Position numbers and translations under genes: made by a program. The notes beneath the pieces are model-generated. The model was not told the origin of the DNA. It saw nothing but the letters and a program-made list of their open reading frames with translations, and did no database searches. A stretch of DNA of 55,003 nucleotides from Methanobacteriota archaeon (GTDB lineage Archaea; Thermoplasmatota; Poseidoniia; Poseidoniales; Thalassarchaeaceae): contig PATC01000024.1 of assembly GCA_002712285.1 (NCBI GenBank), positions 1 to 55,003 on the forward strand, read 5' to 3'. Every line of letters starts with the position of its first letter. Position 1 is the first letter of the stretch. Below are positions 1 to 8,700 of the stretch, one piece after another.

Positions 1-1218
1 AAAGAGTTCAGCGGAGAGGTAGAGATGGATCTTGAGGCTTCTGTGAAAGTGCATATTCACCGAATCGGTCTCCCTGAATCACTTGATGATGATGTGCCTT
101 ATGTCTCCGTAGAATCAATCCCGTCGGATCTCATTCGACATGTCATTGCTCTTGGTGACGAAAGAGAGGGTGGTTTGCTTACAGGTCTAGTAGATGCTCC
201 AATTCTTCCGTTGGGTGATGTAGATCATTACCTTGAGGTTTCAGATCAGGGTTTTCAGAATCTCTCAATTGCACTTACTCAATACATCGATGATTCGATT
301 CAACAATTGAATCAGGATCTTGATGATGAGATGGATGGACTGAATGACCAGATTAAGGCAGACCTAGAGGCCCAAGGTATCCCTGTCGAATTCAATGGAC
401 TAGTAATCGATCTTTCAGGTATTTCTCTTGTAACAGAGATTAGTCCATTTACGCAGCTGCAAGGAACCGAACTCTCGGATGATAATCCTATTACCATTGG
501 AGCAAAACTTGAGAAAACCACAATCAGGATTGGAATGATGGAAGGTAAGATGTTTGGTATTGAGACCGTTACTAATCCGGCTCAAATCTCAGCAAACATC
601 ATGGAATCCTTGGCGTCTTCTTTCGTAGATGGACTTGCAGTCAACAGTGGTATGAGTGGTTTTGCTGCACCTGTTTACACTGCCGAGGTTCCATCCGTTG
701 GTTCCACTAGCGAAGGTCTTGAACTAAAGCCAGGCGTCGAGATCAATCTCGGATTCCCTCGTGGTCTTGGAGTTGCAGAGATACATAGTGAACAAGGTAA
801 CGCAGCTGTGGAGACAATTGATGGGCGACAACATGTCACGTATCGAGTCCCTCTTTGTGAGACTGAGGATTGTTCAGAATCCACAGATACCTTGTCTTTC
901 ACACTCATGCTCGGCTACGAATTTATTCTGATTGAGATGACACCTTATCTTACTGCGCTCGCCATGCTCATAATTTTCCTCATGTATCGTCGTCATTCTA
1001 GGAGGGCTAAGAAACGGGCAATCCTAGAGGAAGAGAAGAAGCGTGCACGTCGTGCAGTAATTCAGAATACTCAGGCCGTACTATTGGAAGATGGATTAGC
1101 TCCTATACCGGTGGATGGAGATTGGTCAGAATCAGGTGGTTGGGGCGAAGATCCTTGGGCAGATAACGATCCTGCGGAGGTCTACATGCAGGGGCGAATG
1201 AAGCAGAAGATGCGTTGA
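1..1218 (+). CDS. Membrane-anchored hypothetical protein, 5'-truncated by the window edge
   Basis: Frame is open from base 1. Acidic ectodomain, hydrophobic helix (PYLTALAMLIIFLMY), basic stop-transfer (RRHSRRAKKR) and acidic tail. Confidence 0.7.
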   Translation, partial: KEFSGEVEMDLEASVKVHIHRIGLPESLDDDVPYVSVESIPSDLIRHVIALGDEREGGLLTGLVDAPILPLGDVDHYLEVSDQGFQNLSIALTQYIDDSIQQLNQDLDDEMDGLNDQIKADLEAQGIPVEFNGLVIDLSGISLVTEISPFTQLQGTELSDDNPITIGAKLEKTTIRIGMMEGKMFGIETVTNPAQISANIMESLASSFVDGLAVNSGMSGFAAPVYTAEVPSVGSTSEGLELKPGVEINLGFPRGLGVAEIHSEQGNAAVETIDGRQHVTYRVPLCETEDCSESTDTLSFTLMLGYEFILIEMTPYLTALAMLIIFLMYRRHSRRAKKRAILEEEKKRARRAVIQNTQAVLLEDGLAPIPVDGDWSESGGWGEDPWADNDPAEVYMQGRMKQKMR

Positions 1219-2946
1219 TTATCGTTGCAGATATTCTTTGATACGTTCAGCCAATGCAGGTCCAATTCCGGGTGCTGCGACTAAATCCTTGACTGTCGCA
1301 TGTTCGATTCCTTTCCTACCACCGAAGTGACGGAGAAGGGATTGGAGTTTTTTTGCACCGAGCCCTGGAACTGCTTCAAGCGGATCAGCAATCGCTGTTC
1401 TTGCTCGTCTTTTACGATGGAATCGATTTACAAATCGATGTGCTTCATCTCTTGCGTGGATGAATAGGCGCCCCCTCTGATCGAGAATTATCGATTCTTC
1501 TTCAGGACGATGAAGTGTCTCTTCTTTCTTTGCAAGTGCTGCATATCTGATAGAATTGCTTAATCCTAACTCGTTGAGTAGATCTGTCATCATATTCAGA
1601 TGGGTTTCGCCTCCATCTAGTAAAACAAGGTCAGGCCAATTCTCTTGTTTACGTATCCATCGTTCGATAACTTCACGCATCATCCTGAGATCATCATGGG
1701 CGTTAGTTTTGACTTTGTAGGTGCGATATTCATCTTTCAAAGGTCTACCATTACGAAGTGCCACAGATGCCCCGACTCGTTCATCACCTTGCAATTGTGC
1801 CATATCGAAACAGACGATATAATTTAGAGAATCCAGGCCAAGTAATTTTGCTGCATCATCAGCAGCCATTTGCTCCAAACTTCCTGATTTTTTCTTAGCG
1901 TTGCGTTCAGCATGGATTCGTGCATTAGAATCCGCCATAGCTCTAAGTTTAGCTAATTCGCCACGTTGAGGAACACGGATATCGACTGAGCCTTTTCTAC
2001 GCTCAGTAAGCCAGTGCTCTATCCACCCAGTTACGGGAGTTGGGAGAAGCAACGTTCTGGGCGGTCTTCGTGAAGCATAATGCTCACTTAGAACTAGGGC
2101 AATTGATTCCATGATATCTCCTCGATGGATTAGAGGATACTGTACTTGCCCTTGGATGACTCCTTCCTTAGTATGTAGAATTACTACAGTACCAATATCT
2201 CCGTGAGATGAAAATCCGATTGCATCACAGTCTTGGTAGAAACGACTGTGAATGATTTGTTGAGACAATGTTTTGTGAATGGCTGCAATCATATCACGTA
2301 TTTTTGCTGCATTTTCGAAGGCCATTCGTTGAGATGCTCCATCCATTTCCTTTTGTAGAGATTCGATTAGTAGTCTAGCATCCCCATCTAATACGCTTGT
2401 GACAGCTTTGACAATACTCGGATACCCATCTGGATCATGACAGGGACCCTTGCATAGTCCGATATGTCTAGCCATACAGCCATCTTTCCCTTTGCAATCC
2501 TTGTCTCTAATCCCAAACTCATATCTCAGTACCTGAATAACTCTCTTAGCAGCTCCTACATCTGGAAAAGGCCCCCATATCTTAGCATCCGTAGGAGGGT
2601 GTCGAGTGTAGAGTATTCTAGGAAATTCTTCGTTTGTTATAGCAATGAAAGGGTATGATTTGTCATCCTTGAGTAAAGAGTTGTAATTGGGTTTGTGCTT
2701 GCGAATTAGTTGTCGTTCCAACATTAGCGCTTCACTAGGATTTTGAGTTACTATACAATCTACATAATCCGCTTCTTCGACAAGTAAAGGAATCATTGCT
2801 CGGTCTGGATTCTTAGAGAAATATGAGCGAATCCGATCACGTAGAACAGTCGCTTTACCGACGTACATCACACGTTCATCGTTACGTTTGAACAGATATA
2901 CTCCAGGTTTTGCCGGTAGGTCAAGACCCTGAGCATCCACCGGCAT
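1219..2946 (-). CDS. uvrC: Excinuclease ABC subunit C
   Basis: GIY-YIG (PGVYLF..YVGKA..LRDRIRSYF), PNYNSLLKDDKSYP, UVR coil (FENAAKIRD), RNase H-like domain (PDLVLLDGG, ARDEAHRF) and C-terminal HhH (VPGLG, PGIGP). Confidence 0.97.
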   Translation of the reverse strand: MPVDAQGLDLPAKPGVYLFKRNDERVMYVGKATVLRDRIRSYFSKNPDRAMIPLLVEEADYVDCIVTQNPSEALMLERQLIRKHKPNYNSLLKDDKSYPFIAITNEEFPRILYTRHPPTDAKIWGPFPDVGAAKRVIQVLRYEFGIRDKDCKGKDGCMARHIGLCKGPCHDPDGYPSIVKAVTSVLDGDARLLIESLQKEMDGASQRMAFENAAKIRDMIAAIHKTLSQQIIHSRFYQDCDAIGFSSHGDIGTVVILHTKEGVIQGQVQYPLIHRGDIMESIALVLSEHYASRRPPRTLLLPTPVTGWIEHWLTERRKGSVDIRVPQRGELAKLRAMADSNARIHAERNAKKKSGSLEQMAADDAAKLLGLDSLNYIVCFDMAQLQGDERVGASVALRNGRPLKDEYRTYKVKTNAHDDLRMMREVIERWIRKQENWPDLVLLDGGETHLNMMTDLLNELGLSNSIRYAALAKKEETLHRPEEESIILDQRGRLFIHARDEAHRFVNRFHRKRRARTAIADPLEAVPGLGAKKLQSLLRHFGGRKGIEHATVKDLVAAPGIGPALAERIKEYLQR

Positions 2947-2997
2947 GGGTCTACCACCGCGCGGACACTCAAGAACTCCCGCCTTCTTCGAGAGAAT

Positions 2998-5151
2998 GTG
3001 CCGCTCACTCTCGCTGACCGCCTTCTCCGTTTACTTTCGGAGCAGTCAGAGTCTTTAGCAAGCGCTTGGGATGTGCCGCGGACTGCCTCTCTGCCGGGGT
3101 TGAGTGAGCGACTCGGTGTAGTCAGATCCGCCCTACATACGCATCTCAAGTATCTGCAGGAATCGGGACTAATTTTGACTCGTCAGGCACATGTAATCGG
3201 GGGTGGTTCACGTAAGCGTACGGTTGTACATCCGACATCTGAAGGACGTCGACGTGCATCGTCTTTTTCTGAACAGACGATAGAATCTCATGGTGAGATT
3301 ATTGGTTCTGCTCCAGATAGGATTGATCTCGTAGGCAGAGATTCTATGGTTTCGAAAATCTTTGAGCGTCTCATCTCAGGGGATACACTTGTTTTAACCG
3401 GACTTGCTGGAATTGGAAAGACGTCACTACTCAGAGAAGTGGCCCATTCTGCCATTACGGAAGGCCACAAGGTCCGATGGGCTCAACTGGATATGGACAG
3501 TGATGTACGAGGTATTGCTCATGATCTCTTTGGGTTAAACGCCCCAGAAAACAAAGAAGCGATTGTCGGAATGCTTGGTGCCGAAGATATCGTAATCATA
3601 GATGGAATTCATGAGTTGCATCCAAGACACGAACATGCAGTTCTCGACCTTATTCTCCTAATTACTGAGAGGGGTCGAACATCAATTGCTTGCCGAGCAC
3701 CAGTTCCTGATACACTTCGTGATTTTCCAATAATCAAGGTTGAAGGTTTGGCGCCAGAGAATGCAGCAAAAATGCTCTCTGATGAGATGGACCCTGAAGA
3801 GGCGCTCAGCTTAGCAGAAGCATTGGGAGGTCATCCACTTGCACTCGCTCTTTTGGATTCGAATTCAGAAGCCCCTGTCGCAACAACAGCGGTACATGAT
3901 TTCGTTCAACAGAATGTATTGGTGAGCCTAACTAATCAATCTCATGATGTTCTCGATCGCGTGATTCTCGAGCCCGTTCTTCTTTATGGAAACGAAGTTG
4001 AGGATGAGAATGGTTTCGTTGACTTAGATGAGCGCGCTCTACTTCGCTGGCGCTCCCAACTTTTCGGTGTAGAGACACTCATTGCTACGGTGCGAATAAC
4101 TGAATTGCCATCGGAAGAACGTGTGAAAATTCATGGTGAACTAGCCATGCAATGGGCTGAAAGAAGTGGTGGAAGAGCGCGTCGGATTGAGATGCATCAC
4201 CGAATTAGATCTAATCAAGACAATCTTGCAGACCTCCTTTTACCTGTATTGGAAGAAATTAGCATAGCAATTCCATCAGCAGGCATCATTCTCGTTGAGG
4301 ATGCCCTTGAGGCTTCAGGAGGCGATGAACGTCTTCGTTTCGAGGCGGCTCGTTTGAGTATTGAGCGTGCTGAATACAATGAAGCGGGAGCTCATCTAGA
4401 GATATTATCTAAGAATCCAATGAGCGATATATTGCGTTCACGGTTACTTCGAGTACAAGGTGATACATCATCTGCGGATACGTTGGAAACTGTTGCCATT
4501 GAACAGATGGACGAAGAGTCAAGAATCCGCTTCACTCTGTCTAGTATAGTTAGGAGAATTGATGATTGGATTCCTGGTACTAAATACCGTGAAGATGCTA
4601 ATTTTCTTCTCGATGCTGTCGATACATTCGATAGTTCATTGAACCCAGAACACCCACTGACAGCAGGCGCACGTATTGCAAATGAGATGTCTCGTTTTCG
4701 CCTCTACCTTGATCTCAATGAAGTCGATTCAGCACAGAGTGTTCTTGATCGGTTGACAATTGCCTCAGGTACGCGTGACCCAATTGTTAGACGAATGCGG
4801 CTTCGCCTTGATGCTCATCGTGCCCAACCAGATGATGTTCCAATGATTGTCGCAAGAATTGAGGCTGAACCTGACAATATTGAACGCTGTCGCTTAATGC
4901 ATTCAATGCTCGATCGTATGCTCGATCCACCTCCAGGGCTTCTTGCGGGTTTTGAACGCTCTTCACTTCTCCAGATTCCCGATTTGACACCACTAGGTCG
5001 CCGCTTGCTAGCTTCTCGCTGGCGTCTTATTGCTCGTACTGATCCTTCTCGAAGAATTCCTGCTCTTCGGGAAGCAGTTCATCACTTACAACGTGCTGAA
5101 TGCCCACGCGCAGCATCCGAATTGATTGAACGCGTTCATCGATTGATTTGA
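2998..5151 (+). CDS. Winged-HTH plus STAND-like P-loop ATPase with helical C-terminal region (putative regulator)
   Basis: N-terminal HTH (LSERLGVVRSALHTHLKYL), Walker A GLAGIGKT, Walker B IVIIDG, STAND GxP motif GHPLAL. GTG start. Confidence 0.75.
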   Translation: MPLTLADRLLRLLSEQSESLASAWDVPRTASLPGLSERLGVVRSALHTHLKYLQESGLILTRQAHVIGGGSRKRTVVHPTSEGRRRASSFSEQTIESHGEIIGSAPDRIDLVGRDSMVSKIFERLISGDTLVLTGLAGIGKTSLLREVAHSAITEGHKVRWAQLDMDSDVRGIAHDLFGLNAPENKEAIVGMLGAEDIVIIDGIHELHPRHEHAVLDLILLITERGRTSIACRAPVPDTLRDFPIIKVEGLAPENAAKMLSDEMDPEEALSLAEALGGHPLALALLDSNSEAPVATTAVHDFVQQNVLVSLTNQSHDVLDRVILEPVLLYGNEVEDENGFVDLDERALLRWRSQLFGVETLIATVRITELPSEERVKIHGELAMQWAERSGGRARRIEMHHRIRSNQDNLADLLLPVLEEISIAIPSAGIILVEDALEASGGDERLRFEAARLSIERAEYNEAGAHLEILSKNPMSDILRSRLLRVQGDTSSADTLETVAIEQMDEESRIRFTLSSIVRRIDDWIPGTKYREDANFLLDAVDTFDSSLNPEHPLTAGARIANEMSRFRLYLDLNEVDSAQSVLDRLTIASGTRDPIVRRMRLRLDAHRAQPDDVPMIVARIEAEPDNIERCRLMHSMLDRMLDPPPGLLAGFERSSLLQIPDLTPLGRRLLASRWRLIARTDPSRRIPALREAVHHLQRAECPRAASELIERVHRLI

Positions 5152-5388
5152 TTAGATTCTAGATCCAATCAGAGTTCTAGTATCGATGACTCCGTTGATT
5201 ATTCGAATCTGTTCCATGATACATCGAGTGAGTTCAACCTCGTCATCGGCAACGACTTTTACGAGCACATCGAAAGAACCGAAGATTCCCCATCGACCTT
5301 CCACGAGTTCGATAGCCTCCAATTCTTCTCTAACGACCGCTTCAGAACCTGTCTGTGTCTTAATCAGAACAAATCCTATGGCAGCCAT
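5152..5388 (-). CDS. Stand-alone Lrp/AsnC ligand-binding (RAM) domain protein
   Basis: AIGFVLIKTQTG...FGSFDVLVKV...IRIINGVIDTRTLI. ATG 5388 is preceded by SD-like GAGGGTGA. Confidence 0.85.
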   Translation of the reverse strand: MAAIGFVLIKTQTGSEAVVREELEAIELVEGRWGIFGSFDVLVKVVADDEVELTRCIMEQIRIINGVIDTRTLIGSRI

Positions 5389-5398
5389 ATATTCACCC

Positions 5399-5632
5399 TC
5401 AATAGTCCACCGTAATAAGCGTCTCAGTGTCTCGAATTCCGTCAATAGTACGGAATGTATTCATCAGAATATGAGCGAGTTCTTTGGGATTGTCGGTACC
5501 TACTCTAACAATGAGATCGTGTTCACCATATAGGACATGGACCTCTAAAACAGCTTCAAGATTGTCTAGGGAGACGTATACGTCACGTTCTCGACCCGGA
5601 TGAGTCTTGATGAGCACGAAGGCCGCTCCCAT
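5399..5632 (-). CDS. Stand-alone Lrp/AsnC ligand-binding (RAM) domain protein
   Basis: AFVLIKTHPGRE...LYGEHDLIVRV...DGIRDTETLI. No HTH. Confidence 0.88.
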   Translation of the reverse strand: MGAAFVLIKTHPGRERDVYVSLDNLEAVLEVHVLYGEHDLIVRVGTDNPKELAHILMNTFRTIDGIRDTETLITVDY

Positions 5633-5703
5633 ACTATTCCCATATTGAGCCGGCCTTCACCTGTCTTTGAACTATGCGTTTAATCTCAACCTCTCTTTCT
5701 ATC

Positions 5704-5744
5704 AGGAAACCGGTGCATTGATTCATGTTGGTATCCGGTTTCCT
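5704..5744. promoter_or_regulatory. Perfect 10-bp inverted repeat with 21-nt spacer in a divergent promoter region
   Basis: AGGAAACCGG (5704-5713) and CCGGTTTCCT (5735-5744), ending 4 nt before ATG 5749. Confidence 0.5.
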
Positions 5745-5748
5745 ACTC

Positions 5749-8700
5749 ATGTCAGGCAAGGCATGTTTACTCGTAGCCTTGTTTTTGACGGCAAGTTGGA
5801 TTGGTGTATTCCAACCGGAAGAACTCGATTTTGAGGAAAATAGAGAGCAAATCTTTGTTCAGTCTCGTGCGGTAACGACTTGGTCTGGAACAGTCCAACT
5901 TACATCCTCCTATACGGTTTCATCAGGAGATGAACTTAGGATACAGCCTGGGACTACCATCGAAATGTCATTAGGTGCACGTCTGTATGTAGATGGCCGT
6001 TTGAGTGTCCTAGGTAATGATGTGTCCCCGGTGCTAATTACCTCTGGTATTTCCACACAATCTCACGAAGGTTTGCAGTTCAATACAACATCGAATGGTT
6101 TCGGTTCAGTAGTTCGTAATCTTACAATTCAGAATGCCGACTATGGGGTCACAATTTACGGTAGTAATCCCTTACTCGATAATTTGACAATTCTAGATCC
6201 GGATTACGTAGGTGTTGATTTATTCAGTTCTGCAACACCTACGATTACTAATCTGCACATTGATGAGGCTGGACAAGATCTTCATGGCTTTGCCAATACT
6301 TGGCGATATGGTCTAGGTTTATCCATTGGAGCTGGTTCTGCTCCAGTTGTTACAGGATTACAAGTTAATGATGCGATTACTCGTGGAATCAATGTCTGGG
6401 GTGGTTCTGGTGGACTTATTCGAGATACACATATTCACAATGTGAGTTTGGCAACACAGTCGATTTCTGCAGGTGTATGGGTTGAAGACTCTATCCTCTT
6501 GTTCCAGAATCTCACAGTGAATCGTTCAGATCATGGTGTATATGTACGTCATATTACTGAAACCGGGGTGACACGGCCGACTTTCCGTGATACTGTCGTT
6601 GAGAATTCAATGTATGTCGGCGTTTTCGTCGAACGTTACAACCATTCTCTGTATGCGAATATACCCATGAATGCCCAGTTTGAGGGTCTCACGGTTCGTG
6701 GTACTGGTGGTCCGAATGCCAAAGCTTCTGGCCTTTGTACGGCTGCTTTGAACATCAACACATCTGGTGTCTACATTGAGAATGCCCTCATTGAGAATAA
6801 CGATTGTATTGGCTTCAGGGGCTATATGATGGGCTCATCTACTACTGTCAGAAATTTGACCGTCAACGGTTCAGGTAAGGTTGGCGCATCCGATCCTAAT
6901 CTTGGCTCAGGTATCTATTTGCGTTCAGTAAATTGGGCACCAACTTTCGATGACATATCTGTATCTGATGCAGCTACAAACGGAATACATCTACGTAAGT
7001 CGAGTCTACGTGGAACAAACTGGTCTGTGGATAACAGTAGTCGTGTTGGACTCTACATCCGTGAGTCACATCCTGAAGTGGAGGGTATCACTGTAGAAGA
7101 TAACGGCTTAAATGGCGTCCATATTTTCGATGCAAACAACGTTCTATTGGAAAATGTGATTTCGGCAAGAAACGGAGGTTCTGCAAGTGGTGTATCTGAT
7201 GGAGTCGGTTATTTCTACGAAGAATCGAACACGTTGACTGCTCCGACTAAAGATGTCACCTGCCGTACCTGTACCAGTATTGACGATGCTCAGGGAGGCG
7301 TGATGCTCAGTTCAAGTATTGATGTAGTCCTTGAGAATCATACAATCGTAACTCCGGCTGGTATTGGACCTGCTTTACGTGTCGACAATAGTGGTCTAAC
7401 TCGAACGGGTGTTGTGACGATTCGCGGCATGTCGATCCATCAAGAAGAATCGTCTACACATGCTGTATCAATTGGTTCAAGCGATGCAAGCATCAATGGA
7501 TTGAATCTTCAAGGCAATCATAGCGGTATGTTCTGGACTGGAACTGGAACATCTGGCTTAGCGTCCTCTCTTTCTAGCTCTACCCTAGGTGGACCGAACT
7601 GTCTCAGTTTGACGGCTCACAGTGCCCTTTCCATTACTTCGAGCGATATCTCCGCATGCACGGGGGCGATGACCATCCAGTCTAGTATTGTCTCCTTCGA
7701 TGGTATGTTGGATTCTAGTCACCTTTCTCTAAATCAGCCAGGGGTGAGTACTACCAGCCATGTCGAGTGGATATCATCAGGTGCCCCCCCGGCTCTCAAC
7801 CTAGGTGGAACGGCACAGTTCGATCGCATGTGGCGAGTCCATACATGGGCAGTGAACCAGAATGGGTTCGGGTTGCCAAACGCAGAGGTCAACTTATCCT
7901 TCGATCACACCGAATCGGATGTCACTGAGACATTGCCTTACGCAGGCAACATGGTTCTAGGTCCCTTTGTAGGGATGAGAACTGATGCACTTGGTAGCAC
8001 TTCTGTCAACGAGTTCTGGACAGGTTGCCTCTATGCTTCAGTGCGTAACGACACTGGACCGACAGCGCTCAATAATGATCTCAATGTTATCTGTGAGATT
8101 GTCCTCCCAGATCAAGCTCCACTAATCATCTGGTCAACGCCTGTGGACGAGGAGGTCTTCCCATCCGGTGGAGAAGTAGTGTTCAATGCTACAGAATCTT
8201 GGGATTTAGAATCCCAAGCTTTGACTTTCACTTGGATGAGCAACATCGATGGGGATCTCCACCAAGCTTGCTCTTCATCAAGTGGCGATAATGGTTCGAA
8301 TCTCATCGTAAACGATCAGATACCAGCCTGTTTCTCAGATGGAAACCATGACATTACTCTAGAGGTGTGCGATACTTCGTTTAATTGTGCAAATGAAACG
8401 CGGAGTATCGAACTGACGAATCTTCCTCCGTCTATTTCTATGGCTCTTGATCCTCCTGCGGATGCTACGAACCGTATACTACTAGCAAGAACTGAGGTAT
8501 TACATCTCAATGCCTCTGCCTCCATTGATCCGGAAGGTATGCCATTTACGACTAGTTTAGATGTCTCGTTCTCTAACTGGGCTGACGATCCTGGAGATTG
8601 CATGGCTCCTTCATGTCCATTGGAGTACAATGTTTCCTTCGAGGATTCTCCATCAGATATTTTCGATCTCGTTTTTGTCATCGGTGATGGACTGAATCCT

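Noticed and set aside
2998-5151. Avs-type antiviral STAND defence system
   Set aside because: The N-terminus is an HTH rather than a nuclease, TIR or protease effector, and the context is housekeeping, not a defence island.
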